A DNA stretch of 64,000 bases, taken from assembly GCA_963924565.1 (NCBI GenBank), contig OZ004615.1, positions 7,874,001 through 7,938,000 of the forward strand, read 5' to 3'. The translations under genes and the position numbers were made by a program. The DNA is from Ascidiella aspersa. Taxonomy: Eukaryota. Below, piece by piece: positions 1 through 13,300 of this stretch. The notes beneath the pieces are model-generated. The model did no database searches and had not been told where the DNA came from. It was given only the letters and a program-made list of their open reading frames with translations. Numbering within the stretch: the first letter of the stretch is position 1; each line of letters opens with the position of its first letter.

Positions 1-728
1 GCCAAAACCAACCTCAGAAAGGTCTCTGCGGGCCGCACGAAATGTTAACTATAAGAATTATGTTATAAAAATGTTAAAACTACAGTGAATCAGGCGGACC
101 TCGGATCTTTTTTGCGCCTAAAAACGTGTTTAATTACATTTAAGGAAGCAGTAATAAAGTATTGGCACAAAGCGCGAATAAAATGCGTTTGTTTGGTTTA
201 AAATCCGAGTCCACACATCATCCATACTACTAATGAACAGTGCAATAAAACTACTTTGAGGAAACGCAATAACATTAGTTAATCTAGTTGAGTGTTTGTC
301 AACCTTTCAAAGTCAGGGCACACCTGGCGAGCGAAGCGAGTGCGATTTTATTTTGGTATAACGCCATTCCTTGCAAGTTTTCATTAGCCTACATTGCCGA
401 CAATAAAAAATAAAAAAAATGCTAAAAAATGTATGTCCAATATTTGTGAATACGTTTTCCGTTTGTCCGCGACGCACTTGGCAGCCTTCCACGGCACAAC
501 GCTAAAGAAGCGCTGATCTATATTTCAAAAGACAGCGTCAAAACGTAAACAAACCGAATGGAGAAGGATCATTCGCGCGAAGCGTGAAAATTTTTCGCAC
601 TTACGTAGTTAAAATAGTTAAAAAATATTTGAAATGGAATCGTGCCCAGTTTGCCAAAGAGGCGGCGGGCCGGATGAATTTAATCGGCGGCCGGATCCGG
701 CCCGCGGGCCGTAGGTTGCCGACCCCTG
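1..728. mobile_element. Partial hAT-like MITE (left end outside window)
   Basis: Right TIR GGTTGCCGACCCCTG at 714-728 with GGCCCGCGGGCC subterminal repeats. Confidence 0.65.
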
Positions 729-1132
729 TTTTAGAGTCTTAAGACCAACCGTGGTAATGTTCTGTAATATCAATAAATACATACTACAGTCGATAATTAA
801 AATCAAATTTTAAACCGCACTACGAAAAGGACCAATGTTGGCAGTACAGAATTCAGTGGTCATCAACAACAGCAGTTCAAGCATATACTTGACAATTTTT
901 TTTTCTACGGCTAATAATGATGTATCAGTCAAGAAAGATATTACGCTGCCCTTGAATCTAACACAAGGACCCCGGAATACAGCTGGTCTAATTAATACAA
1001 AATTGCACTATGATGCAGGAAATGTGCCATTGGCTACAACTTGCTGTGGAAACATATTTGCTAAACATGCCGTGAAGAACAAAGTGCCGACAAAATAATT
1101 CGCGCATTGTTACAAGACCTCTAAAATCTTAC

Positions 1133-1315
1133 CGTGACGTTTTCACTTGATATGTCGATCTCTTCACCATTGCGCATCCACTTGACCTTTGTGTCTGGAT
1201 CGGTGACCTTGCACGTTAAGGTGACGTCATGATCACCTTCGTCACAGTGCAAGTTGTTGTCCAGGTTGGCATCGTCGGCAAAATGGGTCTTAGGCGGGGC
1301 GGGCGGCCCGTCTAT
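1133..1315 (-). CDS. Extension exon, Ig N-half (gene continues past window start)
   Basis: VTLTCKVTDPDTKVKWMRNGEEID; ACG|gtaaga. Confidence 0.86.
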
Positions 1316-4300
1316 CTATAAAATTATATTAAGTTATTAATTTTGCTTTTTATATAATTTGTACTATTAAAGAAATACAAATAGATTTGACAAACTTTAC
1401 TAATAAAAACATACAAATAGAATTGACAAAGTCTGTCACTTTTTGAAGCTCTGGGCTACAATATTTTTTTTTAAACAACTATTACATTTGATAATAAATT
1501 GCAAAGCCAAAAAGTCAAGTAGATTGACAGCATCTTGATTAAGACGTTTCGATACGAGCTTGTATATTACATTTGCATTGCATAAAAAGGCCTAAAACTA
1601 CTTAAATGTGATGAGCAAAGGCAAAACAAAAGCGTTACCTCTTGGGCGCCGAGTTCCAATTTAAGTTCGCTTGATGTCTTTTGTTTATCCACAGTGCATT
1701 GGATCGATCCTGCGTCTTCTGCACAAACGTTTCTTATTGTGAGATGGATTTCGTCGCCGTGTTGCTTGATCTTGTACCTTTACAAAAAAACGTTCCAGTT
1801 GTATATGGGCAATTGGACATCTATTAAAATGTAACACTTATGTATGTTTTAATTATTATTAAGTAATTTAATAGAGATTTTTTTTGAATTGTTTGAAAAC
1901 CAAAGTGTAATTTCACCACCATTGATCTATCAGTCAGAGTTTATTTGGTTATGTTTGGTCAAGGTAGTTTTGCATTATTCTCAAACTACAATTGTCTACT
2001 AGCGCAACACAGGATTTTATATTTCAAGTAAAACCTATATGCCTGCTACCTATATGCCTGCTACAAGCAGCAATTATATTATCTTTTAGACGCACCTTGT
2101 TTATACTATACCAAAAAGCTCAGTATACTAAAGTAGATAAATCGAATATATTTCAAAGATTAGCTAATATATACAACTTATACCCAAAACCATTACCTAA
2201 AAGTACTAATACGACTATGTAATTCTTCGTTAGAGCCACTTATACAGGGGATGAAAGCTACTAATATACGGCCTGGGCTCCGAATAGCGACTGTTAGAAA
2301 GGCGACCGTCAGGGGAGCGGGTTCACGACAGCAATTCACTTGCACAATGTGCGCAAAAACGTACAAAAAATGTGCGGGCATTTTAAAATGCCTTAAAAAT
2401 GTGCGCACTTTTTTTCCAGAAAGTTTGTACATTTTTAAATGAAAACGATTCTAACTCCAACTTTAACACTAACTCAAAATTGAGTATATCTCGTTCTGAC
2501 CCACCAGTAAAGTCGCTATCGTAACAGTTTCTGTTTTAACGCTGTGGCCATTTATACAGTCCCTCTATTGACAGTTAATTGAACCATAGTAAAATTTTAC
2601 TAAGTGTGATAACCGACGCCTTACAAGTAAATGCTAAATCCGCACCGCGAAACCCCAGGGATAACCCATCTCCAGAGCACTTATTTTGACTGTGAAGGCA
2701 CTTCTTCTCTCCATAACCTTTCTCTGAACCCATCCTGACTTAGAATCCCCTAAAACTCACTTATTCTCTCTTCCTGTCAGGACATCCCTGTAAACAACTC
2801 ATTTTTCCTTTCGTAAAACTCACTTCTTGCTTTTAGGAGGAACCGGGATACCACAATGTGTCCACGTCGATCTGCACTTCCCATCGGATGAGAGCTTCAC
2901 CACGAAGACGACGTCCTCACCGAGCAAGGCCGACGTCACTTCCGGGAGGTCGGAGCTGATCTTCTGGAAAGGCTCGATCTCGAACCAGCTGAGGACCGTG
3001 AGCTTGCAGGAGCAGGCAGTCTGCGGCTCACCTGCGTAAAAAGCAGTGTTGTAAACAAGTCATTTTATAACGACTTAAATCCCAGACATTTTAAAATAAC
3101 TTAAGACCAAGTCAAGTCTTTCTAAATAAATACCACGTCAAGTCTCAGTAAGGTCTTAATAAGATGATGTCAACTTCAAGTCAAGTCCTTGCCATAAAAA
3201 TAAAACGCTTCACTAATAAAATTGGTAAACTCGTCCGATTATGACCAATATCTTCACAAAAAAATAAAAAAACGCAACATCAAGTGAAATGAGTTATGTA
3301 TGACAAAAATTATGATAAATAGCTCAATTGGATAAAAAATGCTTAAACAAAACACCTCATTTCAACCCAAGTCATAGGCACAAAAGGCTAAAGTCAAGCC
3401 GAGTTTTTTGTCTAAAAGACTAATGTTACATTAAGTCATTTTGCCCATAATAAGTCTATTCAGGTCTTAAATAATCATTGTGACTCAAGTAATTACACCA
3501 CTGATAAAAACTAAACAATATTATTGGTTGTTTTGCATTTACTTGTACCGTGTATCTAAACCTCAACGCGACACAATACTCTCCAGTAGTGAATTTAAAA
3601 AAAAATATGCAGGCACTTACGTTTTTATAGTATTTGGTTCATGCTTAGACATTGCTGATGACCGATGAAACTACGGAGTAGACTTACAATAAAACGGTTG
3701 CGAAAGTTTGCCTACTTCAACAGTTTGTTATGAAACAAAATCTGGTTTCGTATTTTAGGAAGGTATGAACAGAATTGTTTGTGCTTGTTTTAACCAATCG
3801 TAGTTTAGAGAACCTCAACCTGGTTGAGTTTACTTTCCTTTTCTAACCAGACAAGAACATTGCCACAAATAGCGTTGAAAAAGTAACAGATTGGGTTGAA
3901 AATGAGCAAACAAACTAAAAAAAATACGAAATTTGTGGGTCCGACACCACAGCGCATTTCATACAAGCTCTATCTGTGGGTCACCTTAATAAAGCTTTAT
4001 TATATTTTCCCAAAGCAATCGACAAAGTACGGCTACAAATGACAGGTAATAGTAGTGCAGAATATGTAACAATGCTAAAATATTTTGTCATATCTATTAA
4101 ACATTTGTTGCAATTTAAAGTTGCGACTGTTTTTGACGTTGAAACGGCAGTGATGGAACTGTATGGCTCCAAAACGTTAGCAGCTTAACTTTATATGCAT
4201 AGACAAGACAATATACCGTAACTTCTTTTTGGTTATTTAGTTGTCGCCGAACGGTATACCAGTTAAAATATGTATTAAATTTTTCTAACTTGGTTACTAT

Positions 4301-7300
4301 ATATTGTTTTACAAATTTGGACCTCTACCAAGTTTAACAATATTAGGAAAGACGTGTTGTTTTGGTAGTTAGTGTTTATTTGACCGACCGACATATACAA
4401 TACCAGTATAAGTTACTTGAGGATGAAATTCCATGCGTTTTGCTTTGCTTGTAAACATGCTATAAAACACTACGACGCTTACCGATCAAGACGAAGCTTA
4501 TTTCACCGGATGACCCGCTTTTTATGTTTTTCAGATTGAGGATCTGAAATTCACCTCGCTTTTCAATCACAACATCGTGAGAGTTCTTCAGCTCGTTGCC
4601 CTACAACAAAATATATGTAATTGATGATATTTTATGTCGAGTTGCTTTAAACACCGTTCAAATAATTGATTTTACATATTCTGGAAACATGTTTACCGTT
4701 TACGCCTATTTTTGTTTGTTATTTTTCTACAAAAACAGCAACTAAAAGCATAATTAAATCTTTAAACACTTGAACAGTCAACCACACATAAAAGAAAACA
4801 TTATTATTATTCGACAGAAAAAAGGTGGCAGAAAACGTGTAATGTTCGTAAGAACAAGGGATAATTAAAAATAAAAAATAAATCTTCAGGTAATGTACCT
4901 TGAGATACCACTTTCCCAACTTGTTGACCGACTTAGAAAGGGCAACTGTAAAACTTGCTTCAGCGTTTTCCGTCACAGTGACGTCACTAGGAGCCTGGAT
5001 GACGCAAACTGACTTGGCTAAAAACAAAAATATAAAATGCCTCATCATGGTATATATTAAGCGACGTATCTTTGCCTGGTTAGCACATCTAAGGAGTAGT
5101 GGTCATTATTATTTTGTAGCTAAGTTTGAACATCAACAAACCTGCCGTCTAGTATTGATTGAATGCCACAAACGTTTTATACGGTGTTCAAAATATGGTT
5201 TATATGTGGATTTCCATCCGGAACATGTATAAATTTATGTTTTTCTATGTGATTTAATGTGTAAACGTTTTTCTTTAGTTTAGCATAAAAAGATGTAATT
5301 GAATCTAAACAAGTAGAATAAAAGTCGAGATTGAACCTGGTGGCAATGCGTTCGCTCTGCTATACTAAATTACATGCGGCGAGGATAGGATTCGAATCCA
5401 CGTGTGCAGAGCACAATGGATTAGTATCACCACTCCACCCACATCAAGTACAGTTTTGTTTGTTTCGCGAATTCAATTAAGTTGTTGCAATATCGCAATA
5501 AACACTAATAGTTGTTACGGTACTTAAAAAAGCAAAAATTAATATACAATACCAAAATGTTAGATTGAATACGGGGCCCCACAAATGCAAAGCGTCTGCT
5601 CTTCTATATTCGTTTAAAATCGTTTGTTCAATAATATCTGTTAAAATTTAGACAAACAATTTTTAAAATTATAAAGAAAACAGATAATATCGTGAAGAGA
5701 CCTTTCTAAATGATAAATTGCACTTGTGCAAATATAATAAGCGTTAATACAGGTTTCAGCGTAAGAGCTTTCTTCTTCAAATTTACCCTTCTGTTTTAAA
5801 TTTGACCACGTCTCACCTTTGACCACCAGCTGAGCCGATGACGTCAGTTTTCCGTCATCGGTGACGAACTGCACGCTGGCACTTCCTGTCTTTGTGAGGT
5901 TCCTCATCATTAGGGAATGAGCGTTGCCCGAGGTCATCATTTGACAAGTTTCTCCTCTTTAAAAAGTAGTACATTTTACTTAATGTATCTATTTTACTCA
6001 TACCCGCAAAAAAATTCTACTTTTTTGCAATTGTATCCCACGCCATGTTATCGCTTACACCATGTGGACGAAGCCTAGCCTTCGGTAAATCACAAAATCT
6101 AAAACTAGTTGCAATAAAAATCTAGGTCTAATTTCGATGATTAGTAATTGGTCTAATTTTAGTGTTATTATAAACCTGGTGTTATACCAACGTTGAAGTT
6201 ATCCCAACTGTCTTGATGTTGGAGTCCACTTATATTCCCCATGGAATATTGTCTGTATTTGTAATAAATCCTTATTGGCAAACTAAATTATGTATTACCG
6301 CTATTTCTGTTTTCTTTTGGCATTTCATTGGATAATCAGGAATACACGATCCTGGACAATCACTGATCAACAAACAGAAAATGTTATTCAGTTGGTATAA
6401 GCAGTTTAAAAATGCGGGTTAAACTACTAAATAAACTGTTTACATTTACGTAGCACACGTGCAGCCTGATGTTTGGAAAAGCGAATCACATGGAAATAAT
6501 CGGCGGCCCAAGATGCTGTTAATATTAGCCCTGGTTTCAACTTGTTTCAAGCTAAATGTAAACCCACCTTTGTTCTAGTTTCAAGCCGTTAAGAAACCAT
6601 TTTCCCGCACAGTTTTCGGTGCTTAATTGCACGTTAAATCTGGCGGTTTCCCCCTGAAAAATCGATATGTCTTCGAGGGGCTGAATTATGGTGGTCTTTT
6701 TGGCTGGAATCAAAATAAATGCGATCGCATTGTTAGTCGGGGAATGGCGAAAGTAAACTTGCAAGGAATATAGGAATTAGGCTAATGTTTTTGTCTCAGG
6801 GTAATATATAGAAATTATAAAGATATGAGAATTACTATTTTGCCGCAAAAAAGAAACGATGTTGAATAATCTAAAATCTAAATAATTTTCCAGATTATAG
6901 GTTAGTTGTTTATCTGTAATTTTAAAGTAAAACTAAAACTATCAGTCCACGGAGCCTAAAACGAGTTACCAGTCACTTCATCTTCCCTGAAGCTTGTTTC
7001 AAGAGGCAAAGTAATCTGTTAAACCTAAAAACTGCTGGGAATTTCCATTTTGGGGTGGTAACAATTTAAACTGACAAATACTCACGTATCACAATTTCGG
7101 TAGACCCTTCGCAGCAGGGTCCGAAGCCGGCTTGGTTGTGTCCCTTCAAGCGGAACGAATAACCTGTGCCGGGTTCCAATGACGTCACGGTATATTGACC
7201 AACGCTCGCCTTAACTGTGTCCACCTGATTGAAAAAAAAAATCAACCCTTTACAAAGATCAACGATACGTGTTAAGTGATTTCCAGTAAACTTCATATCT

Positions 7301-10300
7301 ACGAATAAATATGCTGTTGCTGTCAGGCATTGTTTCAATTGTACAGTTTTTCTTTTGGCAAAATTTTATAAAAGTTCCAACGTTTCGACCGCCTATTCGG
7401 ACAATCTTCTTCAGGGCAATATAATTGCAGCTAAAGGCGAAAACATTACATATATATACCAGACAAACAATAAAAGAAAGAAAAACAGCAATGAGCCACG
7501 TTCTAAACCACGATATATACGATATATTCATATATACGTTTATGCAAAAATAAAATATATTAGGTGAACTTAATATTTACGTTTATGTAAAACTAAAATA
7601 TATTTTTTGCAAATGTTGAAAAAATCTTAGTTGAAAAGTAAATTATTTTATGACAGCCACCCTGCCTAAGAGTTACAAAATACCTCTTTCCATTGATCTG
7701 TTTTATTGGTGCGCATCTCGACGACGTATTGTAAATCGCTTCCAGAATCTCTCAGGGGCGTCCACGTCACTGTGACGTCACGATCGTCGTGACGTTTAAC
7801 CCTGGGAGCGTCAGGAATACAGGGCAGAGCTGTAATGTTACAACAAAACAGTGTACTTTTTATACAGGCGGATTCTTTCACAAACAAAACGTGTAATAGG
7901 TCTTTTGTGACTGTATACAATTTTCTAATACAAGAAGACACGTCGTGGATAAGCAAACACCGTACTATTATTTACGTCTTGCTAGCTTGAAAAATCAAAT
8001 TGCATTATTTCAAGATGTACGGTTTTTTTCGGTTTTAGGCCGAACAGCGTTCTTCAATTTTATGAATATTTTTGAAGTTTAGTTTTTTACTCCATTATTT
8101 TAATGTTGTTAACATTTTAGCTGTTAACCACAATGCTTTTTCTGAAAAACTCGAACCGATGTATCAACGATATCACAGATTAGAATCTATTTACTCCGTT
8201 TTTATTTCGTGCATACAGTTTTTGTTCAGTGCTCGACTTCAAAGTGAAGTCCAAAAGTTTTTCTTATTTTCGGGTTAAAAACAATTTATTGGTGGGTTAA
8301 GGGCAATAAGTTTCTTATGTTAAGCGAATTCTAAATTGCCACCTAAAACAAACAACAAAACTATTGTCACCTAATAACAATAACCAGGGCGGTGGGTTTC
8401 GTAAGGGGAGCAAAATCTCAGTGTCATAGTTGCGCGAATCAACTAAAAAATAACTCCCCCAAAATCGACAATTACCTTGAACACGCAGCGATGTTGTGAT
8501 GGAGATGTTGGTGCCGGGCACACGGAATACAACATCACCGGCATCTTCTGGTTTCACGTTCATCAGCATCAAGGAATGTTTGCCGTCCTTGGACGATATC
8601 TTCAAATTGAACAGTATGAAAGAAAAGGTTTTGCAAACATAAGCGCTGTATTGTGCATTATAAAACTGCACCAGGAAACCTAATGTGTACAGAATGTGCC
8701 TCTAATCATCAAGAGAATACCACATATAGTTTAACGACATGTGTACAGATTTTTATAAAACATATATGTATTATTTATTATACTTTATTAGCTTTTATTA
8801 AAATAATGCTTTGCGCCGCTTTAGATCAGCACAATTTAAATAATACTGAAATTACAGGAACATTATAAATTTGACAACATAAATCAATAAAATATAGGTA
8901 TTGATTACCTTTTAAATTGAAAGTTAAAACTCTAGAATTACAAATAGCCTCTGTTAAAGTAGGCTACCCAATACCCATACTATATTATAGATAGATAGCG
9001 ATTATTATAAGTGTTGATGGAAATTGTCATCAGGCAAATAAAGTTCAAGCATGTTTCTAGAGCAAGGACAGAGAAAATACGACTTCCAATCAAAATATAA
9101 ACAAGTATACATCTACTTTAAACTAAGTATTTAAATAAACGGTTGAAATATATAAAACAAATTTCAGCTTACTGCAAAAAGCATATTTCCTAATAGTGAA
9201 GGATCTGCAAAAAAATATCTCCTCGTACATACCTTGCACCTCTCGGAAGCGAGCATCTCTCTTCCGGCCAAACTCCAGGAGCAGCCCTCCACGTCTTCCG
9301 AGATCCGATGCTGGAGGATGAGAGTGCCGTTCTCCGGGACCTCCATTATCGCTGGAGCGGGAAGACTGAGGACCCTGACTTGGAGAGCATCTTGGTCGAC
9401 ACTTGGATCGGAGTTGTGTTGACGCTCGGACAGGATTTTTGAGCTTCTCAAGTCTGAGTTATTAATATGGCCGTTAACATGGTCGTAGAGCACGGGTGGC
9501 CAACCAATCAGATCCAAGAGCCGCATTTGTTACTTGGTTACTCGCTAAGAGCCACGTCACACCTTACACACATGGATCGAAATGAACGGCCTATCACTCC
9601 ATTTCTTACAAACTCTACAAAGCGATCGAGCAAAGCGCGAAAAAAGCGTCTTTATTTTTGTTAAATAGACAAAATTTTAATTCAGAAGAAGACGCGACGC
9701 ATTGATTGAAAAAGTACACATTTCTCGATATAATGTTTGTCAATATTATTTGGGCATATTTTTTGCGTTTATAATGTTTCAAAACAGTTACTAAAAATAT
9801 AATGGCAAACAGTCCGAGTCGAAACTGGCAATAATTCATAACTTAACCAAAGGAAATCAAAACCAAATCATAAGTGCAACATGAATGTAAGAGCCGCATA
9901 TAACTGGGTGAAGAGCCGCGTGTTGGCCACCACTGTCTTACAAAAATTATACGAAAGTTTGTATTGTTTCGTTACGTTTGGGACTCCACGAATCTGTCAA
10001 AATATTTTTTTTGAAACCTAAAAAAGGAAATTGAACATTTCATACTTGATTTTAAATTCATTTTTGTTTACAAAATCGAGATTTTTCTCACGCTGGATTT
10101 AATATTTTTCAATTTGGTACCATATAGTGTTACCACATTATGTTAATATTGAAAGTAGTGCGCCTTGTCGAGTAATCAAGTAATAAAATCTAACTACCAC
10201 AGAAACATATATTTATACATTACCAATGTAAATTACATCTACCATAGTACAACAACAGCGCAAACTCGCGATCTACTCTACACAACGTGCGAGTCAAATA

Positions 10301-13300
10301 CCTTCGTCGCTGCGGTTCGAATGCACCAGAAGCCTTCCAGAAGCGAATTGGTTTCCAACTTGACACTTGTACTCGCCGCTGTCATTCTTGGCCGCCGACT
10401 TTACCGTCAGTTGGCGGAGGGTGCTGTGGTTTAAAATAGGATAGAAATAAAACGCATTATTTATGTTTTTATTATTCTTTCTTTGTATATTTATAATACT
10501 TTTTTCATAGATGACTACTCATATAATCATAAAGATGTGCTTTTGATTTCTATGCTGAAACCTACGAGCTGTTACCTTACTTACGCGCACATATTTAGTG
10601 GCAAAAAATTGCCCTTTAGTTGAACTGCCACATAATTATATTGTTAGATTTAGGGTGTTTTTTACAAGTGTGTCAAATATTCCTAATTTTAAAGGAGCCA
10701 ATGCCTTCCACAACATCGCTAAACTCCAAATTTCTTTTGGCAATTATCATTTCAAGAACAGCGTTTATTTAACACAAAAGTAAAGGGTAAAACATTATAC
10801 GTGACTTTTACTTTGACACAATCTGTGTCGTCATTAAACGCTTACCCTTCCGCCTTCATTTCGTATTTGTCAGTCTTTTGGTCGAGCATCTGATCCTCCT
10901 TCCACCACGTGGCAGGTTCGTTCTTCTTGCTGACCTTGAGTTGACATTGTATCACTGCGTCCGCGCCCTCGTGCGCCGCGATGCGGGCGTTTGGGGGACG
11001 CGCAAATATCGAGGGAAGCAGTCGGTCTGTTCAAAACAAAGCTCAAATGCACTTGCCGAATCAACCGACAAAATAATTAATCGGTGACTAGACGTTTTGG
11101 CTAGGGTACTGGAAAAAATGGAATAGAAGAAGATACAAATTTCGCTATGTCGTAAGAACATTAAATGAAGTATATATAGAATAAATAAAACTATCGGGAC
11201 GTACACGTGTCGTACAATGTTAAAAAATAGAGCACACAAACATCGAAGCAAAATCAAACTAAGACTTATAGTACATATAAATTTAACTTTACAATCTGCA
11301 ATGACACGAACTATAGTTTAGAAGAGCGTAAAGCATTTACGAAAGACTACTAAGATTATTTTCAAATAGGTGTTTTCATATTGTTTTTTTTTAGCTAATG
11401 TTTTGTTTTTAAATTTTTTTATTCATATATTTTCTTTCGGAATTACGATTCCTGCGTGCTTTCTGAAATAAGTCAAAGTAAGTAACTAATCTCAACTTTA
11501 GATATCACGTTGTTGTTTTTTTAACTTTTATCAAAAAACGTGACCCCATTTTAGGTGCTGCGAATATACCTTTGACGGAGATTTGTATAAGCGCTGTAAA
11601 CAGACCGCCAGCATTGCACGCAAGGACTGAGTAGAGCCCTTGGTCATCCCACTGAACTCGGGCGATTCGTAGTTGGTGAACGGCGTCGTTCTTGTGTAAA
11701 CTCAACCTAAAACGTAAATATAAGTTTTATTTTATAAAATAGCCAAACAGTTGTAATGAGTTGACACTATAAATGGAAGCAACAGTTTATATAATAATAA
11801 TTTTGGTGTAAAATAAAACAAATGGTCAATTTAATGAAATATATTTGCCCCGTATAAAAGAATAGGTGTTAAATTGGTTACACGATAAAATGGCGTTCCG
11901 AAGGTCAAACGGCTCACTTTTGTTACAGTTCCTGTTTTGCAGACAAGATTAGTATTTTGTTTGTAGTCTCATTTATACGTGTATTTTGCCAAGTTTAAAG
12001 ATGGATATAAAATAGTTAAAGTAAAAAGATGCGAACAACGTAAGGTATGTAAACAAAACAAATTATAGCAGCTGAGGCGTATAAACAGCAAACCCGGACT
12101 TAGGTTCCCTCGAGTCAGCAATAATACAGTATCATACAGGTTTACCTTTCAAACATTAAATTGGTATATTTTTTCAAATCAATAACACCTACACTTTACA
12201 CTATTGAGATTTGAAAAGTCAGTCCCACCTGTTTCCGGTTTTCAGTACAATCCCGCCTTTGTACCACGTTACTTCCGGTTCTGGCGTGCCCCTGACCGCC
12301 AAACTTATCTTGGCGTTCTTGCCAGCGGTCAAGGTCACCGCCTTCGAGGTGGAAGCCTTTCTGTCGTGCGCGCTTCGATTCTGCGCAAGCCGATTGGTCG
12401 ACGACCCGTCTTCGGCGCAGTTCGCGCCCGACGCGAGCATAGCTTCGGATCCGAACTTTAGCGAAGGCGGCACCGAGTTCTCGCGAACGCTGACGTCAAG
12501 TTTTACGCTGCAGGAAACCTCGCCTAGTGATAAGCCGCAGCATTAGGCCGGTGATTGCCGTGCTTGCCACAGTTTTCTACCAATTTCGTCTTAGTAAATT
12601 CCCGACACTACACATTTTGCGCATTTGCAAGACGTTTGAAAGCAGGCGTAGATTTTGACGTTTTTTTGAATATTTTAAGACAAAACATGTTGTATTTTTT
12701 TCGGATATTAGTTAGAGTTCGCAGTAAGACATAATGAGAATATCAAAGTTCATACAGAAGTAGGTATCATTTTGGACGTTTTGAATAACTCTTTATTCAT
12801 TTTCAACATTATTTGAAACGTTAAAAATAATATTCTTCTGTACGGGCAGAAAAGAAAATATATAGGATGTGATTTCCAACCAAAATATTCTGGATTCTTG
12901 GATTTTTTTACATTAAGCACATTGAGATATGTAGCATCTATTTTGATTATTGTCACAAAACAGCAAATCTCCAAGCAATGCAAGTAAGGACACTTTTTTA
13001 AAGGACGAAAGTGGATAGTTTTCAAATCACAAGATATCTTCGTTAAGGTGCAGAATTGACCGTTAAAATAATTGCAAAACCCTGATTAAACGCTTTACTG
13101 TTATGATACAAACTTGCAGCATAACTTATTGTTTGTTAAAAATTGTGTAATATACTTTTTAAGAAAGCACGAACAAACATGTTTTACCAGCGCTGTTGGA
13201 CGCAGTGCAGAAATAGAATCCATGGTCATTTTGATCTGTCTTCGGAATTCTCAATGTATGATGGGACTTCACATCTTCAACCTAAACAACCGATATAGCG

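Noticed and set aside
2243-2565. Possible further inverted-repeat element (similar hints at 26690-27260)
   Set aside because: Ends and TSD could not be defined by eye
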